DNA of 64,000 nt from a virus (taxonomy: Duplodnaviria; Heunggongvirae; Uroviricota; Caudoviricetes): the IMG/VR virus record IMGVR_UViG_3300042914_003231, positions 1-64,000 of that record; one strand, written 5' to 3'. The notes below the pieces were generated by a model that searched no databases, was not told the origin of the DNA, and was given only the letters and a program-made list of their open reading frames with translations. Below, piece by piece: positions 55,162-64,000 of this stretch. The position numbers and the translations under genes were made by a program. Position 1 is the stretch's first letter; each line of letters opens with the position of its first letter.

Positions 55162-55764
55162 ATGGGAGATATGATGTTAAAAAAATTTAGAAAACCTGAC
55201 GTTAAGGCTCCTAGATGTAGACCTGGAGCAAGTAGACTAGTTAACAAAACTTTTCTAGATGAGCTTGCTAGTTGCCATCCTGAAACAAAAGACTTAGGAA
55301 TAGCCGATGTAAATAAAATATTACAAACAATGCATGGTAAAATGTGGGACCATGCTGCTAACTATCGAGATGGAATAGAGCTTTTTGAACAGCTTGGTTT
55401 TGTATTTGTTGGTACCTGCAATTCTCCAAAGAAGTACAATGTGGATTATGGTAACTCTATTAAGAATGGATCTACTCTAAGACACAGAAATTTTGAGTCT
55501 GATAATTATTTAGCTAAGATCTTCTATACAAACTTTGCTTCTAAGTATAAGTTTAAAAATAGAGATATGTGGATGTTTGAACCAACGCGTGCATTTCAAA
55601 GAACTGTATCTAAGATATATCCTGAGAAGTGGAAGATTTTTGTTCAAGTAGAGAACAACAGAAATATCTCAAGATACATAGAAAAAGCTATGAAATCTTC
55701 TTTTATAAAAAAGAGATCTATGCTGCCAGTAGATGATAACTATGATGAATTCAATTTGGACTAA
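55162..55764 (+). CDS. hypothetical protein
   Basis: start placed at the internal ATG (MGDMMLKK), which is preceded by tatattta. Confidence 0.45.
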   Translation: MGDMMLKKFRKPDVKAPRCRPGASRLVNKTFLDELASCHPETKDLGIADVNKILQTMHGKMWDHAANYRDGIELFEQLGFVFVGTCNSPKKYNVDYGNSIKNGSTLRHRNFESDNYLAKIFYTNFASKYKFKNRDMWMFEPTRAFQRTVSKIYPEKWKIFVQVENNRNISRYIEKAMKSSFIKKRSMLPVDDNYDEFNLD

Positions 55765-56435
55765 TGACAACAATAGGTGATTCAATATCAAGGGTTAGAA
55801 ACCTAGTTAAAGGTGTTAAGGAAGATGCTTTCCTTACTGACCGACTTATCTTTTCTCTAATCGAGAAGTATGGTAAGCTTCTTATTAAAAGACAAGATGA
55901 TCAGAACAAGATCATGAAGTTTCAGTCTTTGTTTGAGAAACTACCTTGTGTAGAACTTATTGAAGTAGATAAAATAGAAGCTTGTTGTGCTGGCATAAAA
56001 TCCGGTTGTACAATTCGAAGAACTAAAGAAAAATTACCTACAGTCCTTGAAGGAGCATATGGTCCATTGTTTAGAACAATATCATCTATTGATGGCTCTA
56101 TTGAGTTTTTTAAAACTTATCCTACTACTTATGTAGCAATGACACATAGTACTAATTTTAAGTACAATAAAAATAAGTATTATTGGTATTTAGGTGGGCA
56201 TCTTTATTTTCCAAATATCGATTGGGATTCTGTTTCTGTAGAAGGCTTATGGGATGGAAGTATTCAAAGATATATTTGTGGTGGAGATGTTTGCTTGCCA
56301 AGACAACAACAAAAAATTCCTCTTCCGGAATACATGTTTGCTGACATAGAAAATATGGTTATTAAAGATCTTCTTACTACTATACAGTTACCGGTTGAAA
56401 ATAATGATGATAATCAAAACATCTTAAGAACATAA
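55764..56435 (+). CDS. hypothetical structural protein
   Basis: 223-aa ORF. Confidence 0.5.
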   Translation: MTTIGDSISRVRNLVKGVKEDAFLTDRLIFSLIEKYGKLLIKRQDDQNKIMKFQSLFEKLPCVELIEVDKIEACCAGIKSGCTIRRTKEKLPTVLEGAYGPLFRTISSIDGSIEFFKTYPTTYVAMTHSTNFKYNKNKYYWYLGGHLYFPNIDWDSVSVEGLWDGSIQRYICGGDVCLPRQQQKIPLPEYMFADIENMVIKDLLTTIQLPVENNDDNQNILRT

Positions 56436-56439
56436 TATC

Positions 56440-57462
56440 ATGAGTTACAACTATACCCTGAAATATAAGACATTCAACCAGTTGCTAGAAGAAATACATG
56501 TGGATTTTCAGAATTACAACTTAGAATCTTTTATCGAACCTCAACAATTAATTAAGGTTGCTAAGCGTGTTAGTTATGAACTCGGCTTAAGAGTTCTTAT
56601 GACAAAAGAAGCTCTAGTAGAAATTCATAATGGAAAAGTAAGACTACCTGATGATTTTTATGTTCTTAACTACGCTTTGGTGTGTGATCATCTTACTATT
56701 AATGAGCCGGTGATTCAAGGAACTAATATGCAAGAAATTCCTTTAGCTCCTCCTCGTTATGAAACTTCTGCTATTATTGATCCTTGTACAGATGCTATTC
56801 CAAATTGCCAAACTTGTGGGGTACCTACATATCCATGCGCATGTCCTAGTCCGTCTAATTGCCTACCTCCGCCTCCTAATGAAGTAAATTGCACTAAGCC
56901 TAGAATAGTACTTACTTGTAAAGGTAATAATTATGAGCTAGTTCAAGTTGTGAAGACTCAAACTAGAACTTTTAGAAGATTATGGGCTTTACAATTTCTT
57001 GCTAATGATCAGACTATTGCTTGCAACTGTCCAAATCTTTATGTGAAGAGTCCTAACCATGCTTGGATACGAGATGGTTTTTTGTTTACTAATTTAGAAA
57101 ATGCTAATATATACATTAGTTATCAAGGAATGTTAGAAGATGATGAAGGAAACCTTTTAGTTCCGGACCATGATCTTATCAATGAATACTATGAGTATGC
57201 TCTTAAAAAAAGAATTCTTGAAAATCTTATCATGAATGATGAGAATGTTTCTCAGGCAAAGATTCAACTTATTGAAAATGGTTATAGAACATCTAGAAAT
57301 TTAGCTATGAGTGTTGTAAATACTCCTAACTTTGCTGAAATGAAAGAAATGTGGTGGCAAAATAGAAAAGCTCAGTATGGTAAATATTATGATATGTTTT
57401 CTAGCTATCCATGGAATCAAGCTTTCAATATTAATGTTCAAGGACAAATGAACCAATACTAA
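56440..57462 (+). CDS. hypothetical structural protein (Cys/Pro cluster)
   Basis: 340 aa; contains CQTCGVPTYPCACPSPSNC. Confidence 0.5.
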   Translation: MSYNYTLKYKTFNQLLEEIHVDFQNYNLESFIEPQQLIKVAKRVSYELGLRVLMTKEALVEIHNGKVRLPDDFYVLNYALVCDHLTINEPVIQGTNMQEIPLAPPRYETSAIIDPCTDAIPNCQTCGVPTYPCACPSPSNCLPPPPNEVNCTKPRIVLTCKGNNYELVQVVKTQTRTFRRLWALQFLANDQTIACNCPNLYVKSPNHAWIRDGFLFTNLENANIYISYQGMLEDDEGNLLVPDHDLINEYYEYALKKRILENLIMNDENVSQAKIQLIENGYRTSRNLAMSVVNTPNFAEMKEMWWQNRKAQYGKYYDMFSSYPWNQAFNINVQGQMNQY

Positions 57463-60400
57463 TGGCACAAGAACAGAATACAAGCAATAATCAAGTAAGA
57501 ACTTTTGATAAGTCTCTTAATGAAGATGTTAATGACTTTCATTTGCCATCCAATGAATGGACTCATGGTAGAAATGTGATCAATAACTCTGTAACTGGTG
57601 ACTTAGGTAAACTTGGAAACGAGCCTGCAAACATTCTTTGTGTTCAAGCACCTTATCCTATTATCGGGTTTATTCATATTATTGAAGATCGATGGGCAGT
57701 TTTCTCTACTGATGGAACTAACTCCGAGATTGGTCTGTTTATAGAAGGTAATTGTGGTACTTTGGAGCCAGCATATTATACTATTGTAAATGCTCCGTGC
57801 TTAAAGTTCAATATAGAAAAGCTAATCATTGGTGTTTCCCGTCCTACAAGTACTTGTACTTACAAGTTATATTGGGATGATGGTATCAATCCTTCACGCG
57901 TTCTTGAGATAGACATAGATAATCCTAGCAGAAACTGGTATACTGATCCTAATAGTACTCTTCCTTGGGTACAGAATTGTGTAGATAGTAATGGTCCTTC
58001 TCCTGGTGGATGTATCATTTGTACTAATACTCCGGTGTTAGACTGTGATAAGATCAGACTAGCATTATTTATCAATCCTATTTGTCCTCGCGTAGAGAAT
58101 GGGACACAAGGTGGAAACCTTCTTAATGGTTCTTACATGGTTGCTATGGCCTATGCAATAAAGGGTCAGAAGATATCTGATTGGTATGTTTCCAATGTAC
58201 AGTCATTATGGACTCATCAGAATTCATCAGGCTCTATTGATGTGTTCATCGATAGTATTGATCCTGATTTTGATGAAGTAATTGTTACTGTGATCTCTGT
58301 TACTAACCAGCAAACTGTTGCAAGACAAGCTGGAGTATACAGCACGCGTCAAACTCGCTTAGGCTTTGATATTATATCAGACACATGGCCGGCTGTCCCT
58401 ATTGAACAGCTTCCTCTAATGACTCCTATTATTGATAAGTCAGATGCTATGTACAATGTTGGTGACTATCTTATTCGTGTAGGACCAACATCAAAAGAAG
58501 ATTTCAATTATCAGCCTCTGGCAAATCAGATTGTTTCTAAGTGGCAATCTGTAGAATACCCAGCTGACTACTATTATAAAGGAAACAATAAGACCGGTTA
58601 CATGAGAGATGAGGTTTATCCTTTTTTCATTGTGTGGGAATATGATACAGGTGATGAATCTGCAGCATATCACATTCCTGGCCGTCCTGCTTTTTCTTCA
58701 GATCTTACACCTCCTGCAGGTAATGTGATTGCTGGAGAAACACAAACTTGGCAAGTATACAATACAGCAACTCAAACTGCTACTCCTGGTACTGTATTAC
58801 CGGATGGTGGTGTAGTTATTGCTGAAGGCTTAATGGGCTACTGGCAATCAACAGAATACTATCCTGATAAAAAGCCTCAAGTATGGAATGCAAGCGCACA
58901 TTGTTGGTCATCTCTGAACCCGGGCTCGATCCCAGGATGCTTAGAACCAACTCCACCTATACCGTATACAGGTACTGCTTCAGGCCTAGCATCATTCGAT
59001 TTATGTGGTACTCCAATACGACATCATAAGTTTCCTGAAGATAGTCTTACAACTCAAACAAACCGTTTTAATGCTGGTGTAGGAAACAAGATTAGAATTA
59101 TGGGTGTGAAGTTTGAAAACATCAGAGCTCCTAGAAGAAGTGATGGAAGTCTTATTCCTGGTATTATAGGATACAAGATCATGCGTGGTACTCGTAATGG
59201 TAACAAAACTGTTATTGCTAAGGGTATGATCAATAACACACATGAGTATGATATTCCTGGAGCACCGGGCACTAAAGGCTATTATCCTAACTACCCATTT
59301 AATGATCTTAGAGATGATCCATTTTTAAGTACTACTCAGACAAGTACAGCATCTATTTTAAATCCTGCTTTACCAGGAGGAGATATAAAAAATTACAATG
59401 CTATGCCTGGAGGATTTGGTACAGGTAGATTCAGTCCTAATCTAGTAACATTTCATTCACCAGAAACTAACTTCAACAATCCTTATTTAGCTACAAAAGA
59501 GCTAAGGATCTATCAAGGTATTAATGGTAATGTGAAAGGCAAGTTTGAAATATCAGAACAGCATCCTAAAGAAAAACTTATTACTGATATGGCTTTTATC
59601 ATAGCTTCTATTGGAGGTTTAGGTGTTGCTGCTTTGGCTACAAATGGTAATAGAAGAGTTCATAGAGAATATCCTAACTATCAAGGTTTCTCACAAGAGC
59701 CTAATTACTTTACTAAGAATACTTATAACTTAAATGAGAATGGTTCAATAAATGGTACTGACACTTCTACTCAAGCTCCTTATCCAGAAGCAGGTACTGA
59801 AACCGGTGGTCCTTTACCTACACCTGTTGCAACAGCCAATCTGATAACACCTACTCCGATCATTACTACTTTAAATGAAACAACTACTAATAATGTAAAT
59901 GGGACTACTGATTTGAGTGTTCCTCAGAAAACTAATATAATATCTCAGCCAGCACCAACTCATTTACCTATTATGAGTCCTGCTTTAGTTGCAGTGTTTT
60001 CAGCTTTTACAGGATATGATGCAGTTAAAAATTCAGGAGCCTCTTTAGCTTTAACTATTGTTCCAGGAACTACAGATGATGTAGCTCAAGAAGCCGGAAT
60101 GAATACAGCAAATACAGCAGCTACAAGTTCACTTACAGGTGTATCAAGTGCTCAGATAACTATTGAAAATGAAGATGGTGATTACCAAGGTATCCCGCAA
60201 CCATTTAGAACAATAAGTTCTTTTCCATTATTCTTAAACTACTATAGTGATGGTACAGACAGTTTGATAAGACTTATCCGTGCTATCATCCGTTACAAGG
60301 ATTATGTAGTAAGATATCATTCACATGGTTTCTACAACAGAACAGAAAACAGACCTGTTACTTTTAGAACAGCTTTATCTGATCAGCAATATATTGATCC

Positions 60401-62831
60401 TGAGATTGTGGATTATAGTTCTTCTATACGAATCAATAACTTATATAGACAAAGAACTGTTGCCTTAGCTACTATTACTCCGTTTGGATCAGGTATAGGT
60501 TTACCGACAGTAGCTGATAAAACTCGTTATGATTATGCAGGATTGGCTCCTAGCTTCTGGCCTACAGGTATTTTAGGTTCTAATTGGACTCACACAGCAG
60601 AAGCTCTTTGTTCAAAATGGATCGATGGATCTAGCACTGTAGATGGGGCTAACAATGGCCAAGTTGCTTCTTCATGGTATGGTGCTCTTAAAGTAAGAAT
60701 TGACAATCAGTATGGACAATTAAACAATATTGTTCAGGTACCAATCAGTCATTGCTTTACACCAGTGACTATTAATAGAGTAACTAAACAGATTACTAGT
60801 GGATCTTCTACTGGACCATTATTTGGTGGAGACATTTATGTAAACAGATATACTGAGAAGAATACTTTCTTGTTTTTCTATGACTGGCTTTATGGTCAGC
60901 TAGATGGAGCTCAGTTAGATTATCTACAACATCAGATGATTCCTTATCCTAAGTACTGGTGTAACTTCAATCAATTCCAGACTAATGATTTTACTTCTAC
61001 TATCTTCCAAAACTTAATAACTTGGAACTGGCCTTCAGGTACTGTTTTTACTCCAAGTAGTTATTATGCTGTAGACGGTCCAGGTAATGTACCATTAGCA
61101 GGATGGAATATTTTAGCAAACATTGCTAATGCTTTCTTCTTAGATAAAAAAGGCTGGATGTATCTATCTAACTGTGGAGTGAGAGACTTCTTTGTAGAGA
61201 GTGAGATAAACTTAGCTCAACGCGATTATGGTGATATACCTGAGCAAAAATTTTACAATCCATATAATGGAGGAAGTACTAAAGACTTATTCAGCACTGG
61301 TATTATCAAGTCTGGTAATTACTACAAGTATGATCAGTCTTTAAGTATCTCTAAGTTGTTCATCAATTATGCATCTTGGTCTTCTACTCAGTCTCCAAGT
61401 TATGATCCTTATATTGCAGAGACATGTTTTGTGTATCGACCTACAAGAGTAATATATTCTTTACCAGCGCAGTTTGAAGGGCTTAGAGATGGTTGGATGG
61501 TATTTTTACCTAATAACTATTATGACTTTATTAATTTGGTCACATGCATTAAACCCGTGAATAAAAACGGTGCTATGATATTCTTTAATGCTGCTAGTCC
61601 AGTTCAATTCCAAGGATTAGATCAGCTTCAGACAGATCTTGGTACCAAGCTTACTATTGGAGATGGTGGCTTATTCTCACAGCCTTTACAACAAATTATA
61701 AATGTAGATGCTTCTCATGAGTATGCTTCTTGTCAAAATAGAATGAGTGTGATCAATACTCCAGCCGGCTTATATTGGATAAGTCAGAACCAGGGTAAGA
61801 TTTTTAATTATGCAGGAGGTCTTAAAGAGATTTCTAACATTGATCTTAAGTGGTGGTTTGCTCAATACTTACCTTATACTCTTACAAAAGATTTCCCATC
61901 TTTTGAACTAGTAGATAATCCGGTTATGGGTATAGGATGTCAGTCAGTATATGATAATGAAAACAGTTTAGTATATTTCTCTAAGAGAGATTTCAGACTT
62001 AAGCTAGAATATACTCCTGATCAATTTGAGTATTTAGGCGGCTATCAATTCAGATATCTTGTAACAGGTCTTTTAATTGACCTTGGTGACCCTGATTTTT
62101 TTGATGATACATCTTGGACAGCTAGTTTTGATCCTAAAACTAATGCTTGGTTAGGATGGCATGATTGGCATCAAACATTAAATATGCCAGGTAAAAATAC
62201 TTTCATGACTGTAAATCCGATAGACAAAAGAGGTATCTGGATTCATAATGAAAGATGTGATCTTTATTGCAACTACTATGGAGTAGATTATCCTTTTGAA
62301 GTAGAATTCAAAGTTAATACAGGAGGTACTGTAAATACTTTAAGAAGTATTGAGTATATCATGGAAGTGTACAAGTATGCATTAAATTGCTATGATCGAT
62401 TCCATGTATTAGACTTCAACTTCGATGAGGCTATTGTTTATAATACAGAGCAAGTATCTGGATTATTGAGATTGAACCTTAAGCCTAAACAAGATCCAAG
62501 TCAGATCTTGCAATACCCTATTGTCAATCTTACAAACATTGATATTATCTTTTCTAAGGAAGAGAACAAGTATAGATTCAACCAGTTCTGGGATATTACT
62601 GCAGATCGCGGTGAGTACAATCCGGCTGCACAAAGAGTGATTTGGGATACTGCTCCTAATGGTTATGCTGCAGTACTCAATCCATTCAACTTAGATTATG
62701 CTAAACCTCCTATGCAAAGAAAGAAATTCAGACATTATACGGTCACAATCCGTCTGAGAAGAAATGTATCTGGAGATAGAAAGATGTTAGTAATGCTAGC
62801 TGATATTAAAAATCTTTATTCACCAAGATAA
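57462..62831 (+). CDS. giant virion structural protein (tail or baseplate candidate)
   Basis: 1789-aa uninterrupted ORF translationally coupled to the previous gene. Confidence 0.6.
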   Translation: MAQEQNTSNNQVRTFDKSLNEDVNDFHLPSNEWTHGRNVINNSVTGDLGKLGNEPANILCVQAPYPIIGFIHIIEDRWAVFSTDGTNSEIGLFIEGNCGTLEPAYYTIVNAPCLKFNIEKLIIGVSRPTSTCTYKLYWDDGINPSRVLEIDIDNPSRNWYTDPNSTLPWVQNCVDSNGPSPGGCIICTNTPVLDCDKIRLALFINPICPRVENGTQGGNLLNGSYMVAMAYAIKGQKISDWYVSNVQSLWTHQNSSGSIDVFIDSIDPDFDEVIVTVISVTNQQTVARQAGVYSTRQTRLGFDIISDTWPAVPIEQLPLMTPIIDKSDAMYNVGDYLIRVGPTSKEDFNYQPLANQIVSKWQSVEYPADYYYKGNNKTGYMRDEVYPFFIVWEYDTGDESAAYHIPGRPAFSSDLTPPAGNVIAGETQTWQVYNTATQTATPGTVLPDGGVVIAEGLMGYWQSTEYYPDKKPQVWNASAHCWSSLNPGSIPGCLEPTPPIPYTGTASGLASFDLCGTPIRHHKFPEDSLTTQTNRFNAGVGNKIRIMGVKFENIRAPRRSDGSLIPGIIGYKIMRGTRNGNKTVIAKGMINNTHEYDIPGAPGTKGYYPNYPFNDLRDDPFLSTTQTSTASILNPALPGGDIKNYNAMPGGFGTGRFSPNLVTFHSPETNFNNPYLATKELRIYQGINGNVKGKFEISEQHPKEKLITDMAFIIASIGGLGVAALATNGNRRVHREYPNYQGFSQEPNYFTKNTYNLNENGSINGTDTSTQAPYPEAGTETGGPLPTPVATANLITPTPIITTLNETTTNNVNGTTDLSVPQKTNIISQPAPTHLPIMSPALVAVFSAFTGYDAVKNSGASLALTIVPGTTDDVAQEAGMNTANTAATSSLTGVSSAQITIENEDGDYQGIPQPFRTISSFPLFLNYYSDGTDSLIRLIRAIIRYKDYVVRYHSHGFYNRTENRPVTFRTALSDQQYIDPEIVDYSSSIRINNLYRQRTVALATITPFGSGIGLPTVADKTRYDYAGLAPSFWPTGILGSNWTHTAEALCSKWIDGSSTVDGANNGQVASSWYGALKVRIDNQYGQLNNIVQVPISHCFTPVTINRVTKQITSGSSTGPLFGGDIYVNRYTEKNTFLFFYDWLYGQLDGAQLDYLQHQMIPYPKYWCNFNQFQTNDFTSTIFQNLITWNWPSGTVFTPSSYYAVDGPGNVPLAGWNILANIANAFFLDKKGWMYLSNCGVRDFFVESEINLAQRDYGDIPEQKFYNPYNGGSTKDLFSTGIIKSGNYYKYDQSLSISKLFINYASWSSTQSPSYDPYIAETCFVYRPTRVIYSLPAQFEGLRDGWMVFLPNNYYDFINLVTCIKPVNKNGAMIFFNAASPVQFQGLDQLQTDLGTKLTIGDGGLFSQPLQQIINVDASHEYASCQNRMSVINTPAGLYWISQNQGKIFNYAGGLKEISNIDLKWWFAQYLPYTLTKDFPSFELVDNPVMGIGCQSVYDNENSLVYFSKRDFRLKLEYTPDQFEYLGGYQFRYLVTGLLIDLGDPDFFDDTSWTASFDPKTNAWLGWHDWHQTLNMPGKNTFMTVNPIDKRGIWIHNERCDLYCNYYGVDYPFEVEFKVNTGGTVNTLRSIEYIMEVYKYALNCYDRFHVLDFNFDEAIVYNTEQVSGLLRLNLKPKQDPSQILQYPIVNLTNIDIIFSKEENKYRFNQFWDITADRGEYNPAAQRVIWDTAPNGYAAVLNPFNLDYAKPPMQRKKFRHYTVTIRLRRNVSGDRKMLVMLADIKNLYSPR

Positions 62832-63370
62832 TGAGTAAGAATGGTCAAGATATAAGACGAGCAATGCAGGATGCAAAGCTTGAGCCTGAAAAGAAAAATC
62901 CTTTCAGAAAGGATGTTATTGTTGATCCTATGGGTCAGTGGAAGTACCCTGGTCAAGTGACTAAGATACCTTCTAACCAGATCACAATGCAAGGAGTTCC
63001 TTATCCGGTCCTTGGAGTGGATGACTTAGGTAACCAACAGATGATGTTTCCTGGTATGGAATATCAGTTTGCCGGTCAGCATGTGACTGAGTATCCTATG
63101 CCTTTTGGCGGCCAGAATTCTAAGACGGGTACCCATTTTGAAGGAGGTGGTTGGCTAGATGAGTTTGAAGAAGAGTTTAAAAGAGGTGGTATGACAAATC
63201 CTTTAATGAGATCTCGAAGTAAAAGAGCTACAACTAAGAAAAATATACAGTCCTCTATAAACAAGATATTCTTAAGAAATAAAGATATATTTGGTCCAGG
63301 AGGAAAAAATGTATATGACCCTAAATCAAAGTACCAAATGGGTGGTGGTTGGCTTGATAATCTCGAGTAA
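62831..63370 (+). CDS. hypothetical protein with GGGWLD repeats
   Basis: FEGGGWLDEFEE ... QMGGGWLDNLE; also GGMTNP. Confidence 0.5.
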   Translation: MSKNGQDIRRAMQDAKLEPEKKNPFRKDVIVDPMGQWKYPGQVTKIPSNQITMQGVPYPVLGVDDLGNQQMMFPGMEYQFAGQHVTEYPMPFGGQNSKTGTHFEGGGWLDEFEEEFKRGGMTNPLMRSRSKRATTKKNIQSSINKIFLRNKDIFGPGGKNVYDPKSKYQMGGGWLDNLE

Positions 63371-63388
63371 TTTTAGTATATTTGTAAT

Positions 63389-64000
63389 ATGACCAAAGAA
63401 GATATCTTAAACGGCATGTCAGAAGATGAGTTCTACCAACTCTATCCGACAAAGGAAGCCTGGGAGCAAGCTACTCAAATGAAGCTTGGAGGCCTGAGTG
63501 GTGCGCCTCATAATGGTCAGCCTACTGCTGATCAATTCTTTAACTATGGCTCACATGCCTTAGATAAGTTCAATATTCCTTTTGGTCATTTTGCTTATGG
63601 CGGTGGTCCTATTTATCCGGCTAAGCTTGGAGGTCTTCCCTGTCATGAATGTGGAGGAATGCACAAAGCTCAGTATGGATTCAACAGTGGAGTGAACTAT
63701 GGTTCATTTACGGTACCTATGCAGGTAGGAGGAGATCCTACATCTGTATGGTTAGCTGGAGAACAAATGGCTCTTCAGAAAAAAACTAAGGCTGCTATTC
63801 CTTCTGATGTAAAACCTACAGGTACAAATCCTTTATACTATAATCCTTTTTTAAAAGGAAGTGATATTGCTAAACCAGATTCAATGCATACAAGTCCTTA
63901 TGATCCTAACATTGCTGCTTATTTTAAAGGTGATAAGGTAATTGCGGGACCGGCTACAGATACTGGTAAAGCTAAGCAAGCTGCGATGAAGCTTAATAAA
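63389..64000 (+). CDS. Gly-rich structural protein, 3' end truncated by the window edge
   Basis: open frame from the ATG at 63389 to the end of the window. Confidence 0.45.
   Translation, partial: MTKEDILNGMSEDEFYQLYPTKEAWEQATQMKLGGLSGAPHNGQPTADQFFNYGSHALDKFNIPFGHFAYGGGPIYPAKLGGLPCHECGGMHKAQYGFNSGVNYGSFTVPMQVGGDPTSVWLAGEQMALQKKTKAAIPSDVKPTGTNPLYYNPFLKGSDIAKPDSMHTSPYDPNIAAYFKGDKVIAGPATDTGKAKQAAMKLNK

Noticed and set aside
1-64000. CRISPR array, integrase or attachment site, rRNA
   Set aside because: No regularly spaced identical repeats with unique spacers were seen, no tyrosine or serine recombinase motifs, and no rRNA-like sequence. The tRNA array is phage-internal, not an integration target.

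Overview
This window looks like part of a large, visibly AT-rich tailed-phage genome. Bacteroidota-style -33/-7 promoter boxes (TTTG / TAnnTTTG) suggest that host phylum. Three blocks are visible. (1) nt 1-13.6 kb: about 22 leftward (minus-strand) genes, mostly unknown. Recognisable ones are an SPFH/band-7 protein with a small membrane partner, an HD-domain hydrolase, a lipoprotein and a possible PcfJ-like protein. These are separated by unusually large, GC-richer non-coding islands that carry repeats, iteron-like elements and a G-quadruplex-type tract. (2) nt 15.08-18.65 kb: a dense array of 24 tRNA genes decoding all 20 amino acids, with U34-biased anticodons and tRNA-Ile(UAU). It also contains rho-independent terminators, an HNH homing endonuclease next to a truncated tRNA-Trp-like duplicate, and two small ORFs abutting tRNAs. 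(3) nt 18.7-64 kb: a rightward late module. It holds paralogous tail-fibre-like genes; a lysis cassette (holin, M15 endolysin, overlapping spanin-like pair); small tandem paralogs; and a PD-(D/E)xK nuclease. Packaging and head genes follow: large terminase, GIY-YIG homing endonuclease, putative portal, scaffold and capsid. Next come a cluster of six small lysine-rich basic proteins with a shared C-terminal tail, a second HNH endonuclease and a Cys-rich block. That block contains a 1414-aa repeat protein with a PA14-like domain and an Fn3-containing protein, and is followed by a 1789-aa structural protein. No CRISPR array, integrase or rRNA was seen. Family calls are read from motifs by eye. 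Database searches and tRNAscan/Infernal are needed to confirm them.
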